DNA of 64,000 nucleotides from Fibrella sp. (GCA_043763995.1 JAYUKZ010000066.1:722-64721), one strand, 5' to 3'. Numbered from the stretch's first letter, positions 20,201-28,498 are shown. Notes: generated by a model not told the origin, from the sequence alone. A program made the numbers and translations.

Positions 20201-21797
20201 AAATAAACGCGCCCAGAATGGCGAAGGCCACCGTGAGGGCCATGGGCCGAAACATCTTGCCTTCAATGCCCGATAGTGAGAGAATGGGCAGGTAAACAAT
20301 CAAAATAATAATCTCGCCAAAAGCCGCCGCCGACCGAATCCGACTCGCCGCGCCGTAGACCAGTTGGTCGAATTGTGATTGAGTGAATGAGTGAATGTTG
20401 CGAATGAGTGGATGAGTGAATGAGTGAATGAGTGAATGTTTGGCTACTGTGTCGTTTTGTCCGCTCTCGACCATTCGCTCATTCACCAATTCGCTCCTTC
20501 GCAATTGAATATGGTGCAGCGTGGCTTCTACGATAATCACGGCACCGTCAACGATGAGGCCGAAATCGATGGCTCCCAGGCTCATCAGGTTGCCCGACAC
20601 GCCGAGGAGGTTCATCATGCCGATGGCAAAGAGCAACGCCAACGGAATGACTGAAGCCACCACCAAACCCGCCCGCACGTTGCCCAGCAGCAACACCAGC
20701 ACAAAAATTACAATCAAGGCACCTTCCAGCAGGTTCTTTTCCACGGTACCAATGGCACTGTTGACCATCTTGGTGCGGTCCAGGAACGGCACAATGGTCA
20801 GGCCCTGCGGCAAGGTTTGCTGTATTTCGGCAATCTTGGTTTTCACCCGTTTAATGACCGCCGACGAGTTTTCACCCTTAATCATCATCACAATAGCCCC
20901 CACCGTTTCGCCCTGCCCGTTGCGGGTTACGGCCCCGTAGCGCACCGCCGACCCCATGCGCACGGTGGCTACGTCGCGCACCCGGATGGCGGCGGGACGG
21001 TTGTTCATGGGCAACGTACCTGGCCCGCCCGACGACGGCACCACCACGATGTTGCCAATGTCGTCGGTAGACGTAATCAACCCTTCCGACCGGATAAAAT
21101 AGGCGTTGGGTTTTTTGTCGATGTAGGCCCCGCCTGTGTTTTGGTTGTTGCGTTGCAGGGCCTGAAACAGATCGGCCAGGCTCACGCCCACGCTGCGCAG
21201 CCGGTCGGGGTCAATGGCAATTTCGTACTGTTTCACCAGCCCGCCAAAGCCGCTCACGTCGGCCACGCCGGGCGTTCCCAACAGCCCCCGCCGGATGGTC
21301 CAGTCCTGGATAGTGCGCAGTTCGGTGAGCGAAAAACGGCTCTCGAAGCCTTTTTGGGGCACCAGCGTATACTGAAAAATTTCGCCCAGACCGGTAGTGA
21401 CGGGGGCCATGACGGGCGTACCCACCGAAGGCGGAATTTGCCCGGCCACGGTCTGGAGGCGTTCGGCAATCTGGGTTCGTGCCCAATACACGTCGGTGGC
21501 ATCGGTGAAAACCACCGTGACGATAGACAGGCCGAAGCGCGAAAAAGACCGTAACTCAGTGATTCCCGGAATGTTAGACAGGGCCACTTCGATGGGGAAC
21601 GTCACGAGCCGCTCAATGTCTTCGGCCCCCAACGAGGGGCTACTAGTAATGACCTGCACCTGGTTGTTGGTGATGTCGGGTACGGCATCGATGGGCAGTT
21701 GCGTGGCCGACCAGCCGCCCCACAGCACCAAAGCCACCGCAAAAAGGCCAATAATAAGTTTGTTCTCGATGGAGAACCGAATAAGGGAATTCAGCAT
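17256..21797 (-). CDS. czcA: CusA/CzcA heavy-metal RND transporter fused to a C-terminal TolC-like domain
   Basis: IDAVPDITNNQVQV, SLGAIDFGLIVDGAVII, GFIALFGVAVLNG, RLRPVIMTA, QKPLATVVIGGL, then a ~400 aa OEP-like domain; start MLNSL at 21797. Confidence 0.93.
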   Translation of the reverse strand: MLNSLIRFSIENKLIIGLFAVALVLWGGWSATQLPIDAVPDITNNQVQVITSSPSLGAEDIERLVTFPIEVALSNIPGITELRSFSRFGLSIVTVVFTDATDVYWARTQIAERLQTVAGQIPPSVGTPVMAPVTTGLGEIFQYTLVPQKGFESRFSLTELRTIQDWTIRRGLLGTPGVADVSGFGGLVKQYEIAIDPDRLRSVGVSLADLFQALQRNNQNTGGAYIDKKPNAYFIRSEGLITSTDDIGNIVVVPSSGGPGTLPMNNRPAAIRVRDVATVRMGSAVRYGAVTRNGQGETVGAIVMMIKGENSSAVIKRVKTKIAEIQQTLPQGLTIVPFLDRTKMVNSAIGTVEKNLLEGALIVIFVLVLLLGNVRAGLVVASVIPLALLFAIGMMNLLGVSGNLMSLGAIDFGLIVDGAVIIVEATLHHIQLRRSELVNERMVESGQNDTVAKHSLIHSFTHPLIRNIHSFTQSQFDQLVYGAASRIRSAAAFGEIIILIVYLPILSLSGIEGKMFRPMALTVAFAILGAFILSLTYVPMVSALFLSKKIEHKASFSDKLMRHIFRIYEPLLLRSLKHRVLVLGVALLLLGAALFTFSRLGGEFIPQLDEGDFAIDTRALTGSSLSETVDATLKGERVLLAQFPEVEQVVAKIGSGEIPTDPMPIEAADMMVILKPRDQWTSATTRNELAEKMSEALAAIPGVTFGIQQPVQMRFNELMTGSRQDVALKIYGEDLAELTKLANRIGALARKIDGTSDLYVEQVSGLAQIMIRLDRNAIAKFGLNVTDINQTINTAFAGQTAGSVYEGEKRYDLVLRLAENKRQSVEDIQNLLVAVPNATGGPTQQIPLAQLATVTLEQAPNQIQRDQTHRRITLGFNVRGGRDVESIVTELQQKVQAQIKFPPGYSVTYGGTFQNLVDARQRLMVAVPLALGLIFALLFFTFNSVRQSLMIFMAIPLAAIGGVFALQLRGMPFSISAGVGFIALFGVAVLNGIVLIAEYNRLRHEEGLTDLTEIIRQGSEIRLRPVIMTALVASFGFIPMALSNSAGAEVQKPLATVVIGGLLSATLLTLLVLPILYSLFERKAMADEAQETKAKPGVAAATLLFLLAMGSLKVNAQSSQKQAFTLEKALQQADARNPQLLLGSLGVAQQQALRPTAFEAGRLGISLLGGQYNSRRFDNNLTLTHTLPNPTLTRRLQTLNTRAVASREATLALTRSQVRYEVKSAYYDLLYLLQRQQLFRQQDTLLLEFVQAATLRFKTGETGNLEKATAQSQRADQQVRLAQLDAALLAAQIRLKTLLNSPADLPLPNQPLRPLLAPLLADSLFLAPANHPQVRVLEAQTQVAEQTRVVEQARLRPDFLVGIFSQTLIGNQFINGQEIFFGAGYRFFGGQVGATFPLFGKAQKARIEAARVGEQLAQTERQTGFFALAQQQQQALGQYRQFAAALSAYEQTGLTQADIIQASARQAFRSGDIGYVEFSLAIQQALTIRATYLDLVNQHNQAVLFLTYLLGNP
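20381..20504. repeat. Octamer tandem repeat with inverted arm, in frame inside czcA
   Basis: GAGTGAAT at 20381, 20389, 20414, 20422, 20430 (GAGTGGAT at 20406); inverted ATTCGCTC at 20473 and 20489, ATTCACCA at 20481. Confidence 0.85.
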
Positions 21798-21857
21798 GGA
21801 AAAGACGGTCCAACGGATGGAGGAAAAAGACACACTACGCCCCGCAGGGCAAGCGAC

Positions 21858-22247
21858 CTACCGTCGGGGGGGCTGAATCAGGGCTTGCCCGGTGGCAAAG
21901 CTGTAGAGGTCTGCCGGACGCGTAAACACCGATTTGGCAAACCGCAGCGTGGTCAACGTACCTGGAAGCGCGGGCAACCGGAGCGGTACGGGCGGGTAAA
22001 CCGAGGGCGCGTGGCCAGTGGCGGGCAGGTTGTGGTGGCCGTGATTGGGGTGTTTCTGGTGCTCAGAATCGGTAGCGTAGTGCAGAAACAAAAATTCGGC
22101 AAAACCCAGCGTATGGTCTTCGGCCTTATGCTCCCGGTAGTGGTGAGCCAGTTCTACCCACTTCGCCGACTGGTCGAGGCCAAAGCCGGGCAGCAAACCG
22201 CTGACGAGGATGAGCGGAACCAGTAAAACGGCGAGGAAGGCTTTCAC
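21858..22247 (-). CDS. His-rich small exported protein upstream of czcA
   Basis: Signal-like N-terminus; HHYREHKAEDH, HQKHPNHGHHNLP; same strand as czcA. Confidence 0.7.
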   Translation of the reverse strand: MKAFLAVLLVPLILVSGLLPGFGLDQSAKWVELAHHYREHKAEDHTLGFAEFLFLHYATDSEHQKHPNHGHHNLPATGHAPSVYPPVPLRLPALPGTLTTLRFAKSVFTRPADLYSFATGQALIQPPRR

Positions 22248-22359
22248 GGCAAAAAAAGAGTGCTTATTGGCCTAACGCGGGTAACGCCCAAAAGTTTCGC
22301 CGGTACGTTGTTGGGCCGCTGTTTGTAGTTATTCCAGGGTGTTGAGGCGAAGCTTCTTA

Positions 22360-22454
22360 CTCGGCATACCCCCAACCCCCTGAAGGGGACTTTCCCAAGA
22401 CGGAGTTACGCCGAGCCTGATGCCCCCTTCAGGGGGTTTGGGGGTTACGCCGAG
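22360..22454. repeat. Long palindromic REP/MITE-like element, copy 2
   Basis: ctcggcatacccccaaccccctgaagggg ... cccccttcagggggtttgggggttacgccgag. Confidence 0.85.
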
Positions 22455-22472
22455 AATGGCTACGTTTCCACC

Positions 22473-23852
22473 TTACTCAGCCCAGATGCCTTTGGCCGTG
22501 CGCGACACCAGTTTATCGGCCTGGATAGTGCCGAACAACGTACCCAGCAGCAATGACAAGATGGAGGCGATGATGATGCCCCGGTTGCCCAGCCCCAGGG
22601 TGCGGCCCAGGTACACACACAGCGGCAGGTTGATGGCCGCCCCGGCCAGGGCCGTGAAGAGTTGCATTTTCACTTTGCCGAACCCGTTTATGACCGTAAC
22701 CGTGATGCTGTTCCAACACGAAACGAGCACAAAACAGGCCATGAGCGCATTGAGCGACAGCGACGTTTTGAACCCCGGCCCCAGCCATATTTTATACACC
22801 CAGGTAGAGCACAAAAACATGACCCCGATAACGCAGAAAATCAGCAGCCAACTCATTTTTAGCCGCCGGTATGAGGCTTTTACCCACGCCAGTTCATTCT
22901 TGGCGTAGGCTTCGGTAAAAGCCGACCAGAAGGGCGATATAATGACCAGAAAAAACGAACTGATGGCGTTGTAATACCGAAACACTACGCTGTATTCTGT
23001 GACGGAACGCGGGCCGAACAGCTTGGAAATGATGACGTTATCGGTGTAAAAAATGATGACCCCTGCAATCTGGATGATAAAAAACTTGAGTCCCAGGCTC
23101 ATCAGTTTGGGCCTTACAGCAAAATCGACCCGTTTAAACGCCGGGGCGTAGGCCCGCAGGGCACCCCGGTAATAATAGATGCTGAACCCGATCAGTACCA
23201 CTACGGGCACAATGGCCGACATAATGGAAACCGACAGCAAATTGTTATACTGCCCTGCGCCCAACGCCCATATGCCCAGCACCAGGCCCAGGTTTACCGT
23301 AAGGTAGATGGTGTTGGAAAGAGCCGTTTTCTGGAGGGCCAGCAGCACATACGACACCGTATCGAGCAGAATTTTCAGGCAAAAGCCCGACAGCGTGACC
23401 AGCACCAGCAAGCTGACGTAGTTGTTGGAAAGCCGCACGTTGAGGATGTATTTCCAGTCTACGAGGTAGATCAGCACACAGGCCACCAGCATCAGGGCTA
23501 GTTGAATACCGGCAAAAAGTACGTAGGCCGTTGAGATGTAGGTACGTCCGGTGCGGTGATCTTCTTCGGCCACGGCTTCGGTGAGGCGGTTGCGAAGTCC
23601 GTTGCCCAGCCCAATGTCGAAAAAAGACGCAAATGTTACCAGCGAACTGATAGCCGTCCAGATGCCATATTTTTCTTCATTCAGCAACCCCAGCGTGATC
23701 CGTACCAGGATAAACGAAAGCAGAATATTACCGACTTTGATGAGTACGCTGGCTACCGAGTTTTTGAGCGCCTGCTTACTGCGGGGGTGTGCCGTGCGGA
23801 CGGAAGCGACCTGCTGGGTCAGCCATACGGTCAGGTCACGGCGTGGATTCAT
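22473..23852 (-). CDS. Wzx-like polysaccharide flippase (MATE/MOP superfamily), solitary
   Basis: EKYGIWTAISS, DIGLGNGLRN, FFIIQIA..IIFYTDNVII, PFWSAFTEAYA; ~12 hydrophobic segments. Confidence 0.85.
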   Translation of the reverse strand: MNPRRDLTVWLTQQVASVRTAHPRSKQALKNSVASVLIKVGNILLSFILVRITLGLLNEEKYGIWTAISSLVTFASFFDIGLGNGLRNRLTEAVAEEDHRTGRTYISTAYVLFAGIQLALMLVACVLIYLVDWKYILNVRLSNNYVSLLVLVTLSGFCLKILLDTVSYVLLALQKTALSNTIYLTVNLGLVLGIWALGAGQYNNLLSVSIMSAIVPVVVLIGFSIYYYRGALRAYAPAFKRVDFAVRPKLMSLGLKFFIIQIAGVIIFYTDNVIISKLFGPRSVTEYSVVFRYYNAISSFFLVIISPFWSAFTEAYAKNELAWVKASYRRLKMSWLLIFCVIGVMFLCSTWVYKIWLGPGFKTSLSLNALMACFVLVSCWNSITVTVINGFGKVKMQLFTALAGAAINLPLCVYLGRTLGLGNRGIIIASILSLLLGTLFGTIQADKLVSRTAKGIWAE

Positions 23853-23986
23853 GTAGACTAACGAACTGGTTAACGGAAAGCTTAGGATAGACTTCAGGCG
23901 CAAAAGTAAGCAACCCAGACCGGATATTGCCACTCACCCCGGTAGGCCCGGCTCAGGGGGGCCGTGGCTTGGCGGGGATAAACAAT

Positions 23987-25186
23987 TCATTCGCTCTTCG
24001 CCCGGCCTAGCACCCGGAGTAGGTTGCCGCCCCAGATCTTCGCGATGGCTGCCTCCGGGTAGCCCCGGCGTACCAGTTCGGCAGTCAGGTTTATGATCTG
24101 GCTCACGTCTTCCAGGCCATTCACGCCCGCGCCCCCGTCGAAATCGGAGCCGATACCCGCGTGGTCGATTCCGGCTACTTGCACAATGTGGTCAATGTGG
24201 TCGGCAATGTCGTTCAGGCTGGCGCGTTCGGCGCGGTAGACCTGTTTCACCGAATCGATACGTACCTGTTGGCGGGCTTCCTGTTCCGGCGAGTTGACCC
24301 GCCCCACGTTGGCCATGCGGAGCTTTGTGAGGGCCTGCCGGTGCGCGTCGGAGGGTTTGCGGAGGTAATCACTCACGAAGTTGACCTGCACCACGCCGCC
24401 CTTTGCTGCCACCGCCCGAATCATGTCGTCGGTCATGTTGCGGGGGTAGTCGCAGAGGGCGCGGCAGTTGGAGTGCGACGCAATGACGGGGGCTTTGGAA
24501 AGAGCCAACACGTCGTAAAACGTTTTGTCGGACGTGTGCGAAATATCGATCATCATACCGAGCCGGTTCATTTCGGCAACTACCTGTTTGCCAAACGGGC
24601 TGAGGCCATTGTGCAGCGGCCCGTCGGGATCGGTCGACGAGTCGCAGATGGCGTTGTTGGCGAAGTGGGAGAGGGTCACGTAGCGGCAGCCCAGGTCGAA
24701 ATAGGTTTTCACCAGCGTCAGGTCTTCGCCAATGGGGTAGCCGTTTTCCATGCCGATAAACACGGCCCGTTTGCCCTGTTTCTGGAGCCGGTACGCATCG
24801 GCGGCGGTGGTGGCAGGTTGGGCCAGGTCTGGGTACGTGGTCAGTGCTTTTTGAATGAGGCCAAACTGGAGCATGGCCTGTTTTTTGGCCTCGGCGTGGC
24901 CCGCCGCCGTGCGTGGACCCTGCGCGGTGTAAACTGCGAAAAACATGGCATCCATTCCCCCGTTTTTCATCCGGGGAAAATCAATTTGCGACTCGTCGCG
25001 GGCGGTGTTGTGGGTTACTCCCAGATCGAAACCCGGTTTTTGCAGCATGATGGGGGCATCGGCGTGGGTGTCCAGCGTCAGGATTCGGCGGTGCAGCCGG
25101 GCAACTTTCTGGCTTGGCGGCACGGGGGCCATTCCCGAATCGGGCAAACAACCCAGCAGGGTCAGGAGTAGTAGGGGAGAGGTCAT
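23987..25186 (-). CDS. Membrane dipeptidase (peptidase M19)
   Basis: DTHAD, IGMENG, TLSH, IDISH, ASHS, GIGSDFDGG, KIWGGNLLRV. Confidence 0.93.
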   Translation of the reverse strand: MTSPLLLLTLLGCLPDSGMAPVPPSQKVARLHRRILTLDTHADAPIMLQKPGFDLGVTHNTARDESQIDFPRMKNGGMDAMFFAVYTAQGPRTAAGHAEAKKQAMLQFGLIQKALTTYPDLAQPATTAADAYRLQKQGKRAVFIGMENGYPIGEDLTLVKTYFDLGCRYVTLSHFANNAICDSSTDPDGPLHNGLSPFGKQVVAEMNRLGMMIDISHTSDKTFYDVLALSKAPVIASHSNCRALCDYPRNMTDDMIRAVAAKGGVVQVNFVSDYLRKPSDAHRQALTKLRMANVGRVNSPEQEARQQVRIDSVKQVYRAERASLNDIADHIDHIVQVAGIDHAGIGSDFDGGAGVNGLEDVSQIINLTAELVRRGYPEAAIAKIWGGNLLRVLGRAKSE

Positions 25187-25202
25187 AGGATTTGGGATTT
25201 CA

Positions 25203-25347
25203 GATTTGGGATTGTGGATTTAGCTCGGCGTAACCCCCAAACCCCCTGAAGGGGGGCTTTCACTCCGAAAGAAGTACGCTTGCGTAAGCAAAGGCCCCCT
25301 TCAGGGGGTTTGGGGGTTACGCCGAGCCAAATCCACAATCCCAAATC
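25203..25347. repeat. Composite palindrome: REP-like copy 3 (25224-25326) nested in inverted heptamer arms
   Basis: gatttgggattgtggattt-a-gctcggcgtaacccccaaaccccctgaagggg ... ccccttcagggggtttgggggttacgccgagc-c-aaatccacaatcccaaatc. Confidence 0.88.
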
Positions 25348-25483
25348 ACATAAGTTTAATCGGGGGTAAACCTCATGGTTTGGGGCCGAAACTTTCCGGC
25401 ACCGGGGGTAGTTCTTTTTATCAGTAAACCACCCAGGTACGTTGTTGGCCCTGGTGGGTGTTTCACTTCTGCTCTTTCAGCAC

Positions 25484-26221
25484 ATGGCCGTTGTTCCCTA
25501 CAAAGATAAACCCACTTCCAAGCGCGAACAGGTGGGCGAAATGTTTGACACCATTGCCCCCAAGTATGATTTCCTGAATCACTTCCTCAGTGCCGGTATC
25601 GATATTTTGTGGCGGAAGAAAGCCATCCGCCTCCTGCGCCCGTTTGCGCCAAAACGCATTCTGGACATTGCCACCGGCACCGGCGACCTGGCCCTGGAAG
25701 CCCTGGCCCTGAAACCCGACAAGATTGTGGGGGTCGATATTTCGGAAGGGATGCTGGCTGTAGGTCGGCAAAAAATGGTGGCGCGGGGTGTGGAGAACAT
25801 CATCGAAATGCGCACCGGCGACTCGCAGGGGTTGCTGTTCCCGGACAATGATTTCGATGCCGCCATCGTTTCGTTTGGGGTGCGCAACTTCGAGAACCTG
25901 CTGGCGGGCCTCACCGATATGCACCGGGTCGTTCGGCCCGGCGGCGTTTGTCTGGTGCTCGAATTTTCGAAACCCCGGCAGTTTCCGTTCCGGCAGTTCT
26001 ACGACGTGTATACGGCCCGCGTGGTGCCTTTTTTCGGTAAACTGGTTAGCAAAGACACCTCGGCTTATACGTACCTGAACGAGTCGATGCGGGCCTTTCC
26101 CGACGGGCCAGAGTTTATCCGGGTGTTTGAGGCAGCCGGTTTTCAACACACAAAATGGATTCCACTCTCTTTCGGTATCGCTTCGATCTACATCGGCCAA
26201 AAATCGGCTACACCCGCGTAA
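25484..26221 (+). CDS. menG: Demethylmenaquinone methyltransferase UbiE/MenG
   Basis: MFDTIAPKYDFLNHFLS.GID, LDIATGTGDLA, SFGVRNF, LEFSKP, LSFGIASIY. Confidence 0.95.
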   Translation: MAVVPYKDKPTSKREQVGEMFDTIAPKYDFLNHFLSAGIDILWRKKAIRLLRPFAPKRILDIATGTGDLALEALALKPDKIVGVDISEGMLAVGRQKMVARGVENIIEMRTGDSQGLLFPDNDFDAAIVSFGVRNFENLLAGLTDMHRVVRPGGVCLVLEFSKPRQFPFRQFYDVYTARVVPFFGKLVSKDTSAYTYLNESMRAFPDGPEFIRVFEAAGFQHTKWIPLSFGIASIYIGQKSATPA

Positions 26222-26916
26222 TTGCGCTTACGGGCTTGTTTTTGGGGTTGGTTCAGGCCGTGGCGGGGCAATCGACCTACAAATACGTGCGGAAGCACAA
26301 GGAAGACTACGACGATAAACCCATCCATTTCGGGTTCTACTACGCCCTTCCCTTCACGCGCTACAACGTCACGTACAGCCCCGCCTTTCTGGATCCCATC
26401 GCCGACTCCACGCTGCGCATCACTTCGCCCAGCACATCAGGTTTTCGAGTGGGTTTCACCCTTAATGCGCTACTCGACGACAATTTCGACCTGCGTTCCA
26501 ACCCCGGTATATCTATCTACTCGCGCTCGGTCACGTATGCGTTGGCCAATGGCACCGAAAGAACCGATGTCCGCGAATCGACCTGGATCGAGTTGCCTAT
26601 TTTGTTGAAATACAAATCGGCGCGGCGGGTCAACTCCCGGATGTACCTGTTGGCCGGGGCCACGTTGGGTATCGAAACCAACGTGCGGCGGCGCGAGGCC
26701 CTGAGTCAGGGGCGGCTCAACACCAACACCACCGACCTCAGCCTAGAGTATGGCGTTGGGTTCGAGCAGTTTTTCGAGTATTTCAAATTTGCCCCCGAAC
26801 TGCGCTTTTCGCACGGCATCACTAACGCTTTCGGCGGCAAGGGCAGCAGCACCGGCAGCGCGGGTATTCAACGCCTCACCACCCACAGCGTGACGCTCTA
26901 CCTCAATTTTGAGTAG
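26155..26916 (+). CDS. porT: PorT/SprT type IX secretion outer-membrane beta-barrel
   Basis: YDDKPIHFGF, GFRVGF, FDLR..PG, ELPILLKYKS, RMYLLAG, FKFAPELRFSHG, C-terminal LYLNFE; sits downstream of menG; start uncertain. Confidence 0.82.
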   Translation: MDSTLFRYRFDLHRPKIGYTRVIALTGLFLGLVQAVAGQSTYKYVRKHKEDYDDKPIHFGFYYALPFTRYNVTYSPAFLDPIADSTLRITSPSTSGFRVGFTLNALLDDNFDLRSNPGISIYSRSVTYALANGTERTDVRESTWIELPILLKYKSARRVNSRMYLLAGATLGIETNVRRREALSQGRLNTNTTDLSLEYGVGFEQFFEYFKFAPELRFSHGITNAFGGKGSSTGSAGIQRLTTHSVTLYLNFE

Positions 26917-27571
26917 CCAGCAACGTACCTGAGGGTTGATGGGGAGCGGACCGAGCCTTTACATCCTTCGATGATTGGTTGTTGATGGATAAAGCAAGAT
27001 AGCCAAAACACACGTACCACACTAACCTTTACACACTCAGTTCGTTGGTCATCCCAACGTCGCATACCCATGTGCTGCCTGTCCGACGTAACCCGCCCAT
27101 TCAGATAAAAACCTTTTTGAGTAAGTATATGCTCAAACCGAAAACACTCAGACACACATTAAGAATGATAGCAAACCCTCCATTTGTATCGGCTGGAACG
27201 TTATGACCTGAGCCGTAAACCGCGACCTAAAAAAACGAGAAAAATAAAAAGGCTATTACTGATAGCGTTTTTATAATCCGAAAAGTGAGTCGCATGGCAG
27301 GTTTGATTCTGGTCAGGTATGTCGCTGTTGAACGAGCCGGGCTTGTCGGACGCGGTCGCCGACTCAATCAGGTACGTTGTCAGACGAGTTTATTTTGTCG
27401 AGCGAGACCACGGAATGGAAGCAAAAGAGGTTGAACAATAAGCTATTTACCTTCTCGCCCGCGACCCGAACTCGGAAGCATTACTTCGCCGAGGCCCAAC
27501 GATGGTTGGGCGCATCAACGTTGGGCTCATGAGTACTGTATATCTGCCACAACCTGCCCATACGGAGTGTT

Positions 27572-27739
27572 TTAAGCCTGCGACGAAGGTTTCCGAGTCG
27601 GCAGTTTTGCGTTTTTGAGCAACTCTTTAGCCCTGGCTAACTTCTCAGGAAATAGTACCTGACCTTCATAACGGTCCAATTCAGGGTTGATCTGTACGGC
27701 TGGTACTTTCTTGTTGCTGAGTTTTTGAACATGTTCCAT
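27572..27739 (-). CDS. 55-aa small protein absent from the ORF track, partner of the upstream DUF6934-like gene
   Basis: Manual translation MEHVQKLSNKKVPAVQINPELDRYEGQVLFPEKLARAKELLKNAKLPTRKPSSQA*; starts 9 nt after the upstream stop; LFPEKLA.A..L motif recalled from Bacteroidota small proteins. Confidence 0.75.
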   Translation of the reverse strand: MEHVQKLSNKKVPAVQINPELDRYEGQVLFPEKLARAKELLKNAKLPTRKPSSQA

Positions 27740-27748
27740 AGTTTTGAG

Positions 27749-28195
27749 TCAGTTTAACTTTCGTAGAACCATAAAGCCTATATACTCTCTACCAACCTCA
27801 AATTGGTGAAATTCGTCACCAACCTGGCCATAAAGCTCAAAGTCCTGAATCACCTCCTCATAGAAACGAGTAATACCCATCCGATAGAGCCGAGTGCGAG
27901 CCGTTGTACTTCCGGTGGCGTACACGTATGCTTCGGGGTAGCTATTGAAGAATGCGTACAGCGCAGCTACTACGGTAGCCAACACCTTCTGGGTGTCGCT
28001 GTTGTTCGACACAGCCAAATCGTCAATCTCGCCAGTTTTCTCGTCTTTGTTGCCAAAAGCAAGGTTATAGATGGGGGACTGATTGATCTGTTGGAACTGA
28101 ATTAGTTTGGGAATTGAGCCGTTCGGCCCTTGGCTAAAAAACTCGAAAACGGTTAAATTGCTCTGTGCTTCAAGTGGATACCTCTCCAGATTCAT
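27749..28195 (-). CDS. DUF6934-like protein
   Basis: FEFFSQGPNGSI.K.IQF, YNLAFG, DTQKVLATV, YATGST..RTRLYRMGI (family assignment from memory). Confidence 0.75.
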   Translation of the reverse strand: MNLERYPLEAQSNLTVFEFFSQGPNGSIPKLIQFQQINQSPIYNLAFGNKDEKTGEIDDLAVSNNSDTQKVLATVVAALYAFFNSYPEAYVYATGSTTARTRLYRMGITRFYEEVIQDFELYGQVGDEFHQFEVGREYIGFMVLRKLN

Positions 28196-28357
28196 ACCGC
28201 TAAAGTAACGAAAAAGGGGTTGCCTTTAGCCCAACTTTGGCTTGTCAGACGCGCCTGTTGTATTCCCATCAACTAGTACTGTCGGAAATTTCGAGTTTTC
28301 AGCAACGTACCTGAGAGCCAGCCCGTTGCGAAATTTGTTGGCAATTTTGGGGGCAGG

Positions 28358-28390
28358 TTTGTAAATAAGCCGGTCGGGTGCCTATCTTTG
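28358..28390 (+). promoter_or_regulatory. Bacteroidota sigma-A promoter of tRNA-Val
   Basis: -33 TTTG at 28358-61, 21-bp spacer, -7 TATCTTTG at 28383-90. Confidence 0.65.
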
Positions 28391-28423
28391 TAGCATCAAC
28401 CTCCAGCCGGAGAGCGACAGTAA

Positions 28424-28498
28424 GGGGGTTTAGCTCAGTTGGTTCAGAGCATCTCGTTTACACCGAGAGGGTCGGCGGTTCGAGCCCGTCAATCCCCA
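28424..28498 (+). tRNA. tRNA-Val(TAC)
   Basis: Cloverleaf: acceptor GGGGGTT/AATCCCC, D arm GCTC/GAGC, anticodon arm TCTCG-TTTACAC-CGAGA, T loop TTCGAGC; CCA not encoded. Confidence 0.96.

Noticed and set aside
20381-20437. CRISPR array (also considered for 10.66 kb, 25.2 kb and 31.4 kb)
   Set aside because: Units are 6-10 nt, with no 23-47-nt repeats or unique spacers, and there are no cas genes in the window.
24161-25171. 336-aa plus-strand ORF
   Set aside because: Antisense shadow of the M19 dipeptidase.
26898-27155. 85-aa minus-strand ORF as a real gene
   Set aside because: It overlaps the porT stop, has no motif, and lies in apparently degenerate DNA.
27494-27526. Integron attC site (GCCCAAC...GTTGGGC)
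   Set aside because: It spans only ~33 bp, below normal attC length; no L boxes were seen and there is no integron integrase or cassette array.
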